The notes under the pieces are model-generated. The model had not been told where the DNA came from. It did no database searches and saw only the letters and a list, made by a program, of their open reading frames with translations. Source: Felis catus (taxonomy: Eukaryota). From it: DNA of 64,000 nt. Below are positions 12,883 to 25,874 of the stretch, one piece after another. Numbering within the stretch: position 1 is the first letter of the stretch; each line of letters begins with the position of its first letter. A program made the translations under genes and the position numbers. The stretch spans positions 28,956,001 through 29,020,000 of the forward strand of contig NC_058368.1 of the NCBI RefSeq assembly GCF_018350175.1, in the 5' to 3' direction.

Positions 12883-13644
12883 AAGACTGGTCTCTATTTG
12901 ACCATCCTAGCGAAGTGCATATGGGCAGGAAAACCACCCCCCTACACTCTATTTTTCTTCATGTGGAACATGCCTAGGTTTCACGTGTAGATTAGAGGCT
13001 AAAATGAAGACAGCCTACCAAAGAGCCCTTCAAGGGTTCTCCCAAGGCAAAGAGTGTTCACCTTACTTTCCTGGGAAAAAGATGCTTTTATACAATTGGC
13101 ACAATAAAAGCATCTGAGTTAGCTATCACACTGAAGTTCTTTAAACTTGGATGGCGTCTATCTTCATGAACTTTCCAACAAAGCAATCAGGTTTTACCTA
13201 TAATAAGAAGCAAGAAAGGGAGATAATAGACTCACTCCTTCACATGTTCTTGTTCCTTAAGAGCTGCCCTTGCCAAAACTCGGGTCAAACATTTCTTCGT
13301 GGAAGTGAGAGCCCTAAGAGAGCCTCTTCCAGCACACCTGGTCCACTGTATACAAGTGGACAGAGGTTTTCCCACAGGGAGGATGGATTGCCAAAGGGCC
13401 ATCTCTGGACAAACCAGTTAGGGGAAAAACAGAGCCTCCTTCTCTAGGCTGTCCTCCCATGCCTGGAGCTGACAACACAACCATGGTATGAACCTCAGCC
13501 CTGCTCACACTGCCTCAGCCGACACAGCAGCAGCCCAGTGAGGGACCAGCCAACCACCCAGGCCCTGGCATCCTTCAAACTCTGTGTCTGTCTTGTCTCA
13601 TGCAAGAGGAATAGATACAAACAACATTAGCTCCCTGAGCCCTG

Positions 13645-13846
13645 TTTAATGTCTATTTATTTTTGAGAGAAAGAGAGAGTGTGTAAGCCGGGAAGGGGCA
13701 GAGAGAGGGAGACACAGAATCTGAAGCAGGCTCCAGGCTCTGAGCTACCAGCACAGAGCCCGATGCGGGGCTCGAACCCACAAACTGTGAGATAGGGACC
13801 TGAGCTGAAGTTGGACACTTAACCAGCTGAGCCACCCAGGCACCCC
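13645..13846 (-). mobile_element. Carnivore SINE
   Basis: ends gagccacccaggcacccc; SINE-derived ORF 13653-13835. Confidence 0.92.
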
Positions 13847-14751
13847 AGAGCCCAGTTAACGATGGAGAGAGCCAGGGTGGAAGTGGCCCTTGGAAGGAAA
13901 CACAGGCTCAGTTAACAAGAAGAAGCTGCAGCATTCATCCATCCTTCATTCACTTAACAACTGTTTGTGGAGAATCTACTATGCTCCAGGTAATGCACCA
14001 GATTCCAGCTCTTCAAAGGTGACAAGTTCTGAATGTCTAACCTTACAGTCAGCACAAGCAAAGTAGAGTCAAGAGTGTGGTGCCTAGCAATGGCTGGGAG
14101 TCCAGGTAGGAAAGGTTCAAGATCATGCAGAGAGATCCCTAAAACTCCAGAGAAAGGACAAGTCAAGGAACCAAAGCAGAGGTTCATACAGTAGGATATG
14201 GAACTGGAGCCTGGTTACAAGACAAGGGATTCAAGGTCGGGGCTTGTTCCCAAGGAAAAAGTCAGAAGGTTGGTTAAGACTTCAAGTGGAAAAAGAGAAG
14301 GGACTTGTGGCAGGACTGGTCTGAGGCTGAGTGGCATCTGGGGCTGAGTGGCCAAAAGCTGTCAGACCACCTTAGTCTAGAGCCTATAGCATTATCTTAA
14401 AAAGCTGAAATTTTCTATTACCTTTTCATAAAGAGGCACTGTAAGAAACATACCAGAAAATTTGTCTGTAAATTTTGAAGACAAATTTAAAACTTTAAAT
14501 TTTTTTATTTCAAAATTCAAAAATTTCTGCATTCAAAAAAAACCTGCTATTAATATGAGCCTGGAATAAACAGATATGTATAGACAAAGATAGACAATCA
14601 TGTACACATTGTTCTATCAAATGGCAAGACATGTATAATCCAGTATCACCCTTGGCAGTTGCTGTCCAGAAACAGAGTTTAATTCAATACCCAAATGGAG
14701 TCATAAACTCCTCCAAGGGGCTAGGTTTTATGTACAATCCTCAGTTATTAC

Positions 14752-14862
14752 AGGATGATTGTATAATTCCACTTATGAGACTAAATTGGTGCTATTAATA
14801 ATTACCCTAGGACAGCAGGCATTAACTGGGACTGTCCCCACACAGCAGGACATATGATAAAC
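14752..14862. mobile_element. hAT MITE remnant (MER94-like)
   Basis: ggtgctattaataattaccctaggacagcaggcattaactgggactgtccc resembles recalled MER94 consensus. Confidence 0.55.
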
Positions 14863-15209
14863 TGGTTATTAGTCATTTTATTTCCATTTGTTCTATTTTA
14901 TTTAGAATGCAGTTTTGTAGGATTCCTCTGGTATCTTGGAAATATAAATCCAGAACATAAGATCATATAAGACATTTGCATACCAAGAAAAGATTTTGCC
15001 CACCCCTCCCACTTGCTGCTTTTTTAAATAAAAGTCTTCTTTGCATTATAAATCTATAATGCATTCTAGAACACTACACAGTGTGAATACAAATTAGCTT
15101 GTCTAGCTCACCACCTAAGATCCTGAAGTTGCCAGGGGAGATATCAATCCCATGTTCAGAATCTCCCAAGATTGATGGGAATTGCTTTCTTTTAATAGTA
15201 AGAGAACAC

Positions 15210-15432
15210 GGAGCACCTGGGAGGCTCAGTTGGTTAAGCATCCAACTTTGGCTCAGGTCATGATCTTGCGGTTTGTGAGTTCGAGCCCCACATCGGGCTC
15301 TGTGCTGACAGCTCAGAGCCTGGAGCCTGCTTCAGATTCTGTGTCTCCTTCTCTCTCTGCCCCTCCCCAGCTCACTCTCTGGCTCTCTCTCTCTGTCTCT
15401 CAAAAATAAATAAACGTTAAAAAAAATTAAAT
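15210..15432 (+). mobile_element. Carnivore SINE
   Basis: TSD agagaaca 15201-15208 and 15433-15440. Confidence 0.92.
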
Positions 15433-17869
15433 AGAGAACATAACAGCCATCTTAAAACTAATAGCACCACAGCAGTACTGGCCCCTCACTAGTATATAGA
15501 TGTTATAATAACTCTTTTCAAAAAGCTGAGCCAATACAGATAAGGAGGTTCAGAATTCCAGACAAACTTGACCTTCTGTGTGTGACCCTAAGCAGGTCCC
15601 CCCAAAATTAAATTTCTAAAGAGATTCCAAAGCGAAATAATCTACCTGACTTTGGCATTGTAATTCTCTTAAAAACAGTCATCTCTAAATGCTTTGAAAA
15701 CTAATTGTTCATCATAAAATTAATATTGTAGTTGGCACTGGTTTTGCTTTATAAATATTTAATATTACCTTTTTTCTAAAATAACTGTAATTATTACTTT
15801 ACTTTTACACTCTGGTATATACTTTCCCCCAGAAAATGCCCCCCCCCCACCCTTTTATCTGTATCTTGTCCACAAACAACAACAAACCTCCCCCTCCCCT
15901 TGCTATTCCTCCTTATCCTTTGTCTTCATTCAAGCTGGTGCTTGAGATTTTTTTTAAGTATGCATGTATAACTTGGGGGAAAGAATGAGGGTTCTTTAGA
16001 ACAGAACGTGTGCTGTTCAGTATCCACAAGCTGTTGATAAACTCAGTGGTTATCAGAGATAGAGACTGGATAGGAGGACTTCTCAGACCGTTTCCCTCCT
16101 GCTTCCTCCAACCTGTTCTTGTTTATTTTGTCCTCTTTGTTTTTGTGGGGGTTTTTTTTTCTTATTTTTTATTAAGTTTTTAATTTTAATTCTGGTATCA
16201 TCAGCATATTTTTTTTTCTTTTAAAACATAAGAATAAAGCAATTAACTGTTTGGATACTTTGCTCCAATAAATTAGAAATACCCCTTTCCCCCCAAATCT
16301 AAGATTTTCATCATCATCAGAATGATCAACTGGATTAATTTATTCTCTGGCAATAATTGCCACCAACCAATAGACAAATCTATAAGAAGCGTCGGATTCT
16401 GAAATTCACTCTACCTTCTATTTTGAATATAAACAAGACAGAAGCTCCAGTTGTAGCATGAAATGGCAAAATCACTAGAGAAAGCTCCTCTGGTGTGTTT
16501 TAAAATAGGCAGAAAACTAGAAAGGGAGATTTTTAACTAGCAAGCATATGATTTTTAAATCACTGAATTTGATCTCTTATATGTTTCAGTTAATCTACCA
16601 GCACTTTGAATGATTACTTTTTCTTGCCACATTGATTTATTTTCCCTTGTAGTCAAGCTATCTTTCAAGTTTAAAGCATTCAGGTTTATTGAGCAAAGGG
16701 AATATCCTTAAAAAATTCACTGCATCTTCGTTTATGTAAGTCTACCAGCAGGAGAATTTTATCACTCCCCGGGGGTGAGTATGAGCCATTCGGGTCTGGC
16801 CGCCTGCTAAACTATGCCTATTTATTTATGGTCTATGTAACATGAGGGAGAACAAAAGTTGGCTCCTGTGAGCATTCTCGAAGCCTGGACATGGCTTTGC
16901 TTCTGCTAAAAACACTGACGTGAATAGACTCTGTCACAGACTCAAAGGTCACTTTTCCATTTTGTTCATATTGAGAAACAATTTAGATAATTATCTGTCT
17001 TTTGTATCTTAGAAGAATAGGAGCAGGGGGAGGGAGTTGTTTCATTTCCTTGAATTTTCTTTGGGAGGCTGCATCAGGCTCTTGAAATTGTAAAATGGAG
17101 CAGAGATGTGGCCCACGTAAAGAGCACATTGCTTCCAAGTGTGGCCCACCCATTTGTTATGTTGCTGTTTCTGGAAATCCTTTGTTCTTACAAAGATACC
17201 TGACTTAATGCCATGAGAGTCTTCTCCAACATGTAGAAGGCCAGTTTGTATACATCAGATACCATTTCCTCTTGATTATATAACCATTTCAAAGTTTGCA
17301 AACCTGTACTGAAAGACGCACCGTACAGTTAAGCTTTGGCACGTGGGCTTTTGCTTTTAAAGTACCTAGAGGTTGGCATGTGGAAGGGACACACATGTGT
17401 TGTCAGACCGTTACGGCACAGAGGAAGGACAGTACAGTGAAGGAGTGCTACAAGAGCCCAGAGGAAGAAAAGCATTTTTTGTTTGGGAAATTCAGGAAGG
17501 AACAACTTCTAGAAGGAAGCATTTGCAGGATCACTCTCCTCACAGCCAGATATTTGCAGTTTGTCCAAATGATAGCTTTAGATTTCACTAATCTAGCCTC
17601 CTTATCTTTTTTCCACAACCAACATGTCTGTCTAATACTCAATCTCCAAACAGATGGTTATACTCCACAAAACTCCCATTTAAAGGATCATATTTGGAAA
17701 TCTTAAAATTCTTTTGAGATGAAAAATAAGTCTTTTCAGCCTAATCTCCATAATGACTTTCATACAGTCTCTACTTTCTTCAAACTTGAAGCTACTCTCT
17801 CCCAGGTTCTCAGGCAATATTCTAGTCTCATGCTTCCCAAGTATAACAGAAGCCACCAGAATGCAGCTC

Positions 17870-18490
17870 TTCCAACTTCCCAAGCTCAAATGAGCAAGCC
17901 CATCTGCAGATGTACCTGCCTCACCTCCCACCTTCTCGGGTATCTGGCTCCATCCTGTGACTCCTTTTTCTCAGGTATCCTCCTTCTCTCTCCCTTCTGG
18001 ATCCTTCTCATCAGCATTGAAACCTGCTCTAATATTCTCTGGACCCCACAGATCTTACTTGCTAGTACTCAAACTCTAATCTACAGAACTCTAATCCATT
18101 TCACAGCAAACCCTCTTAAAAGAATCATTTCCATGCACTGACTCTACTTCCAGACCTCCACTCATTCCTCTCTCCTTCTCACATGAATTCTGGCCCCTCC
18201 TCCCCATCTACAGAATTGCTCTCGCTAAAGTCACAAGGACCTTCAATGTTGCTAAATTCCATGGACCTTGCTCCGTCATCACCCTATGTAGCCCTCACTT
18301 GCTCTGAACTCCGCATACTCAGAGTTGAAGCTCAGTCTTCCCTTGGCTTCGTGATAGTCACAGTCTCCCCCTCACTTCCTTCCTGCCTCTCTCTGCTTCC
18401 TCTCAGTCTTGTCTGCTGTTTCGTTTCCTGGGCCACTGCCCTTTTCACTCCACATTCTCATTCAAGGCAACTTCACTTCCTTCCATGATT
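17870..18490 (+). mobile_element. Degenerate L2 fragment
   Basis: Pyrimidine-rich; aattgctctcgctaaagtcac..gaccttc..tgttgctaaattccatgg is L2-like. Confidence 0.55.
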
Positions 18491-20226
18491 TCAGGTGGTT
18501 AGTGCTCCTAAAGAACCCTATCAAATGAAGAAGCCAGCGAAATGGCAGGAATTCCTAAAAGTGTAGGTAGGAGTGATGATGAGCCCTAACTTCTTTGGTC
18601 AGTAGGATTTTCACATAAACCTGTGTGTGCTCAGATTAGTTTATTCAACTTAGACTTGGCAGAATGGGTGGGCTTTAGGAGGAGGTGTTTCATCATCATA
18701 ATCCTCATGAATATGTATTACACAGGTGGATGGTCCTGGCTGCTCAGCAAGAGCTGTATTAGCACGAACAAAGGGCTCTCCAAGGCCGCTATCATGTAAC
18801 CCCCCTTGTTTTTCAATCCAGCGCCCCTACTGCCTGAAATCTCCAGCCTCCTTACACTTCCTTCAAGATTCTCCTTGGGCATTACCTCTTCCAGGAAACT
18901 TCCCCTAATAGTTGTCCTGACCCCCAGTCTTAGGAGCCCTTCCAGTATGTTCCACTGACACACTGTGCTTACCCCCCACCGGCGTGGGGCTCCACCCACT
19001 CTCTGCGATGATTGATGAGCACAGAGGCTGAAATCTCCCCAGGGTACAAAACTGGGTCTTTGTATCCTTAGCCTCTAGCGGAGGGTCTGGCTCATAGTCC
19101 TTGCTTGCTGAAAACTACTTCAGGCAGGTAGACAGTCTGACAGGAAAGGAGGAAAGGGAGGGAACTGAAGGTTCATCTAAGCTATATATATGTACATAGA
19201 TTTTAAAATCAAATTTTAAAAACTTGTGAAAAATGGTTCAGAGACAAACACTTTAAACTCTTTTTGCTGACTTATTTTTTTGCCCTCATTATCCCTCAAT
19301 AACATGTTTCTTCTTGATTTTTCCATTTTAAGTATTATCTCTTCACTTCAGCCACGGGAGTTCAAGTTTGACACTCTCAACGCTTTCCCATCCCACTCCG
19401 TGACGCACAGTCCACATCTCCCTGTCCCTGCTGTGTGATACATGCCTCCCCCAGCAAACTTGTGCTGGAATTTTGGTTAGACCATCATTCAGGTTCCATG
19501 TTCTACTAACTATGTAAAATGTTATCAGACAGAAGAACTATGTAGTGTACTTGAATTACATGTCTGCCAGTCACCCCCCACCCCCCGCGCCTCATTTTCT
19601 GGGTACAGAAAGCAAAGAGAAAATAAGTAACTTTAGCCAAAACCATTCCACCAGTTAGTACCAGAACCAGGATCAAAAGTCAGCCTTCTATTTCCCAGTA
19701 AAATGGTTTTTCCATGACATCAAGCTGCCTCTCAAAAAACTTTTTTTTTTATTTTAAAATCTTAGTGAACCGATGTGAAGAAGAGCCTAGCGTTTATGTG
19801 ACTGTATCAAAATATTCTTTACATTTAACTGGCTTTTGTCAAATTGATCCCTGGTGACAACTTATATTTCTTATAAACTAGAACTAGAGATAAATGTAGA
19901 TAAGGGCCCACGTAAAGAACTTAGAGCTAGAAAGAATTTCGTCTTGTTTTTCATTTCGAAGACAAGAAGACTAAGGCCCAGAAAAGTTAAATGACTTGAT
20001 GAGTATCACACGGCGAGTTTGGAGCCCCACTGGGCTGAAATTCCAGTTCAGCTTTCAGCCCACGCTCCTTGGACTGGGGACCCCCAACCCCCCAGACACC
20101 TCGTACCTCCTCTTGGACACTTTGCTTCGTTTAAAATCTCTGTTACACATGCCCAAGCCCATTCTCTACATTAAACTTACTCATCCCCAAAAGTGACATT
20201 AAAGCATGTCAGAGTAAGACAAAAGT

Positions 20227-20432
20227 GAGGCGCCTGGGTGGCTCAGTTGGTTAAGCAGCTTGATCTCAGCTTGATCTCAACTGGTAAGCAGTTGATCTCA
20301 GCTCAGGTCATCATCTCCCGGTTCCTGGGTTCGAGCCCTGCATTGAGCTCTGTGCTGACATTGTGGAGCCTGCTTGGAATTCTCTCTCTCCCTCTCTCTC
20401 TGCCTCTCCCCTGCTCCTGTGCTTGCTCTCTC

Positions 20433-20470
<38 letters not shown>

Positions 20471-20497
20471 AAGATAAATAAACATTAGAAAAAAAAT
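20227..20497 (+). mobile_element. Carnivore SINE with internal duplication in its head
   Basis: ttgatctca occurs three times in 20260-20300; (CT)n and A tail. Confidence 0.9.
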
Positions 20498-20539
20498 CAT
20501 TCAAAGTAAGTAAAAAATAGGATATAAAATACATTTCTT

Positions 20540-20755
20540 TTTTTTTATTTTTTTTAACGTTTTATTTATTTTTGAGACAGAGACAGAGCATGAACAGGGG
20601 AGGGGCGGAGAGAAAGGGAAACACAGAATTGGAAGCAGGCTCCAGGCTCTGGGCCATCAGCCCAGAGCCCGACGTGGGGCTCGAACTCACGGACCGCGAG
20701 ATCGTGACCTGAGCTGAAGTCGGACGCTTAACCGACTGAGCCACCCAGGTGCCCC
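20540..20755 (-). mobile_element. Young SINEC_Fc-like SINE
   Basis: Perfect 15-bp TSD taaaatacatttctt 20525-20539 and 20756-20770. Confidence 0.96.
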
Positions 20756-23371
20756 TAAAATACATTTCTTAAAACCAGGGTTGTGTTAGGCTACCTCGCA
20801 TGGCTGCACAACTAGAACACCACACTGTGTGAGGACCCGGAAGACAATGATGTCAGAGGAAGGAGACCGACATGAAAACATTCCTAAGTGTCATGAACAA
20901 TTAATTTCATGAATAGAAGACAGTACCGGCACCGGGAAGGCACAGAGGAAGGACTGGCTGCCACCCCGCTCACCCCAGTTCAGCCCCAAGGCCCCGGGTT
21001 AACTTAGAGAGTCTTTACAGTGTTCCCTCCTCTCCCTTCCCTGTGATTCCCTTCATTGCCTGGGACCCTGTTGCGGCACCCCTGGAACATACACAGCTTC
21101 AGGCTCCGGAGTCCGTGCTGCCTTCTGCCGTCGGCCTCCAGGCCCGCTGGAGGAATCTTTAGATCTGGGGCACAGAGCAAGGTGCAGGGAGAGAGGGGGA
21201 ACCACGGGAGACAGGAGCACAGGGAACTTGTTGGGACAGCATCCAGGGCTTTTGTCTTTTGGGGCATATGAGTTTGGGGTATAAATGGGAAACTGACAGA
21301 TTCACACTGTTGAAAAAACTGGAAAACTAACACAAAGAAAATGGCAAACTCGTGTTTGATGATATCCGCCCCTAATTAATTATAGTCCTTATAGGAATCA
21401 TTCATTTGTATCTAATTACCATGTAGCTCAGTATCGATGAAACATAACATAATTTGTGTCCTGTAACTATGCCTGAAATTTCATAAGCTTTACCCGTCGG
21501 TGCTTAGCGTTCTTAGTCTATTGCTCATGTCGCAAGCACAAGTCAAGTTAAAAGAATGTTTCATAAAGCAAAAGCCAATCGTATTCTTTTCTCCTGCCCC
21601 AAAGTTCCTGCTTTGCAACCTGCCTCCTTAAGTTCCGGGAGAGCAATCATCAGGATTATATGTTATCAGAATTATATGCTCTTGTGGCATATACACCACT
21701 GGAGCCACCCTGCAGCTTTGAAATGGCCACAGTGGCTGTGCCAGCTGCAGAAGACGATACACACAGGTTATTACCTAGTCCTGCCCTCTGCATGGCCACA
21801 GCATAGAATCCACACCAGTTTACCTGTCTGGCCACACATTCCAACATGCCCCAAGTGCCGATTCACTGCAATGCTATTTATCACTTAAAGAAATCTTTTC
21901 TTTTAAAAACGTACTATCACAAAAATGCACATCACAATCACTTAACATGTGTATTTTGCCCAGGTTCCACATAGTGTTCTACACTCTCAGCCCATTTGAG
22001 CTAGTGCAGCAGCCTGGAATGTTCCCTCGCTCAGTGAGCCTTAGAGCCCCAAACCATAAGTGCCCAGCGAATGAGCAACATAACACTGCATCCTGAGTTT
22101 TGTGTGTGTGCAGCGCGTGCAGCTTATTTCTCTCTGGCCTCTCTTGGTGCCGTTGATTTTGTGTTCTGATGACTGCTTCTGGCCCAGAGTGGCTGTCAAA
22201 GTGTGTGAGAATGTTGGTCCTGTTGGAAGCAAAGGACGATGCGTTGCCAGATGTCACAGCGCAGGTTCCACAGGAACCGCATGTGCCTGAGGAAAAGGTC
22301 AAGGAAGCCCAGGGTAAACGGCAGTAGGCAATACCATAGAAACATTATGAGAGCCTGAGATGTTGAGCCTGTCTGCAGGATAACTGGAAGAAATAATCGG
22401 CAGAATGTGACTTCAGCGGAAACAAAGAAAATGGAAAACCGGTTGCCAGTGTTTGATACTCCACAGGAAGTATGCTATAAGGACCTGCCAGCACTGATTC
22501 ACTTAGTGCTCCTCTTTTCAGAGAATTCCTATGTCAAATGCATTTGCATGAGGCTGTGATCATTGCTTCCAAGAATTTTTAGAACGTAGGTTATATTAAA
22601 AGCCCCTTTTGCTTCTAACCACTCTAGTGGTAGGAATGGCTTTTCTACCCATCCTTCCGGTTCCTTAGCTACACAGCACCTCAGAGAATCCTGTTGACAT
22701 GGAAAGCACAATAGCTTTAAAAATTGCTAAATAGATGGTGTGTCTTAGAACACAAAAGTTCGGTCTAAGACTGAAATCACCTGGCCAGGAAATGGCACGA
22801 GAGATCACTTCGCCGCAGTAATGATAAAAGTCCACGGCAGTAGCTGTCTCTTGCCAGGACCACCTCTCATATTTAACAAAACCAAAGCAGCTGCGCACGA
22901 TTTGCTGTAGTTGAGGTGACCTTGCATCACTAACCTTTGCCTTGACTATGGACATCGGACGACCGGGCTTGAATTTACTCTAGTGTTGAATGTTAACCTG
23001 TCGAAGCCTCCTGAAAACAAAAGAGGCAAAAATAGAAAGGGCGGAACATGTAAAGACCTGACGGTTTGCCCTGCCTCTGCTGTCTCTGAATTGAATTAGC
23101 ACTTGATTCCATGAGGACGCTCAGATCACTGGATGTGCTGGCAGGTGGCAGCAGGAGGGGGTGCGTTTCCGTGCCAGGAAACTGCCGCCATGCCAATTAT
23201 TTGTGGTTTCTCAACATGTGTTTTTGACACTCACCTACGCACAATGATAACAACATTTGGTTTCCCTTAAAGATTTGTTTGTAACTACAGCCTCTTTTCC
23301 CATGAAACATCCTCCCAATTCCCTCATGTGCGTTCCATATTCTCACATTTTCCAAAAGCCTCCTTCATCTC

Positions 23372-23529
23372 AGGGCACCGGGGTGGCTCAGTCGGTTAAG
23401 CGTCCAACTCTTGATCATGATCTCGTGGTTCATGGGATCGAGCCCCATGTCAGGCTCTGTGCTGACAGCTGGAGCCTACTTGGGATTCTTTCTCTCTCCC
23501 TCTCTCTCTCTCTGCCCCTCCCTTCCTCC

Positions 23530-23568
<39 letters not shown>

Positions 23569-23595
23569 AAACTACACAGTTTAATTTCTTTATTT

Positions 23596-23630
<35 letters not shown>

Positions 23631-23765
23631 ATAAGCAGGAAAGCATGGAGCTTGACGTGGGGCTTGAACTCAGGAACTCTAAGATCATGACCTGAGCTAA
23701 AGTCAGATGCTTAATTGACTGAGCCACCCAAGTTCCCCAAAATAAATAAATAAACATTTTTTTAA
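23372..23765 (+). mobile_element. Carnivore SINE whose tail is split by a second SINE
   Basis: Body 23372-23571, tail resumes at 23739 (aaaataaataaataaac). Confidence 0.85.
23581..23738 (-). mobile_element. Shortened antisense carnivore SINE nested in the previous SINE
   Basis: (GA)n then gtggggcttgaactc...gagccacccaagttcccc. Confidence 0.85.
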
Positions 23766-25874
23766 AGTTTTCCTCATCTTTTGTTTCTATTTGAATTTAA
23801 AGAGAAGAAAGAGATGAATAAATAAGTAAAGTGAGAGGTTGCTTTGGATGGATTCTGCAACCTTGTAATTTTATTTTGGACGGCCATTCAAAGAGCTCTA
23901 TCTGGGTCAGAGAGCAAGGAGGCCACTACCCACGACAGGGAGTCATCCCAGGTCCAGTGACAGGTCCAGCCAGAAACTGAGCTGAGGCCTTGCAGGGATC
24001 AGAGTCAAGCGGAGAGAGGTGCAGGATCAGGAGTTAAGAACAACCACGAGCCCACAGGGCCATGTGTTTCCTGCCTCTATGAGGAGACGGCTCTGTTGCC
24101 GATGGCTGAACCCTGCTGTGCTATTTGCCAATTAGAGGCTGGCAGGAAGGAGCCAGGAAGAGTCCCAGCGGACACCCAGCTGACAGCTTATTGTGGAGAG
24201 GTTTGTACACAGAAGATTAAACTCATTTCTGTTGCGAGCAGCCTCACACATGTGCATTTAACATATTTATTAAGCATCTATTATGTTTAAGGATGTACAT
24301 ATAAGCCACTGTGCCAACTACTGCTGTCGGGTAATAAAATGTAAAATAAAATAGTAAACTGATATGTTGCCCCCCCTTTTAGCCGAAGCTGTGAAATCTT
24401 TACAGTGTCATTTATTTTAATCAGACTGGGTATTTTTGTTGCATAATAATAGACTTAGTGAAGAGGGGCATTTCAGTGAGAAAGTTCTTTATCAGAAACT
24501 GTAAACTCAGATAAAGAAATAACATAGGATATATATAGGTATGTGTTCCAGAACATCCTATCAGACAGAGGAAGAGAGATGTTTTAGATTATCATTTCAA
24601 ATGTTTAAAAATACTTACCAAGCACAACACTCATGCCGGAAAACAAAATACACCCAAGTCTCTAGGAGTGTTCAAGCAGAAAGGAGGAGGGTAAGACAGA
24701 GTTTGGTTGAGTCTGGGGAGGTGGGCCAAGGGGTCCAGCCCACAGTCAGGACAAAGGAGCTGCTCGTTGGTTTGAAAAAGCCCATGAGAAAGGACAGGAA
24801 CCCTTTCTATGCCAGAAGTCTTGACAGACTATTACTACATGTAATACTACATGTAGTATTACAATCACCCTAAGAGGCATTTGTCTTCAGGGCCAGGGAA
24901 CAGACTTAGTATAACCCCACCCCTGCCCCATATGTTCACCAGCGACCTCTGCCTGTTTGCTTCTTCCTAGACTTTAAAACAAAAGAAAGACCTAATTTCT
25001 CAATTAGTGATAAAGGCACTTACAATGTGAATACCCTTTGGGGTTATTCAGTATGGATGTATATCAGCTATAGTGTAATTTCTTAACATCAATGAGCAAA
25101 AATCAGGTCCTTCCCTGCTTTGTGAGAATGAACAGGGATTAAAGAAGGCAAGGGGTCACTGAGTATTTGAAAGCAAATGTTGCCACCAGCCAGGGAAGAA
25201 CTGAAGATAACTTCTTCAAAGTTGATGGCTTGCCAGAGATTGAAATTGAAACCCATAGAAGGTACCTATGGACAAAGGGATCTTTGCCATGCATTTCATT
25301 ATAGAAGCTACATGTTATTTATGAAAATTAGGTGAGGTCACCTTTTTTTTAAGCCAGTTATCTTCATATGAAAGACCATCATCATTCCTCAAGACATAGT
25401 AATGTGTCTATCATTGTGTCTGTCAAGGCAATTTCTAATCTGTAAGAATAACCTCAGATAGTAATATGTTTTAGGCTAGTATGCTCAGTGCCTTATTATG
25501 GCCTGTATCACCCTGTGCTGTGACTTTGTTCCCCTTTATAAGTATCCTTCTAGAAGCAAAGATCCTGTTTCATGTATCTCTGTGTCCCAGTAAATAGCAG
25601 ATGTACCATAAACATACCCAGAAACGTTTGCGTAAGAGAATGAATAAATCCGTTCATTCAGTTGCCTGTGAATCAATCAAGAAAATTGTAGGCAACTATA
25701 TTAAGTAGGATTTCTGTGCTGATATTATTATGACAATGTTGACAATTTTGATCCTTTGCAAGAATGCAAATAATGTCTTCTTGTTAGAAATAGGACATCC
25801 TCCAAAAGGTCAGGACAATAGCTTCCGCCCTGCTGCCCGTCATTCATCCTTCAACATATGAATTTATTAATGTG

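Noticed and set aside
17296..18488. Three consecutive + strand ORFs of 101-140 aa
   Set aside because: Low-complexity Leu/Ser-rich, overlap degenerate L2, no splice or homology support.
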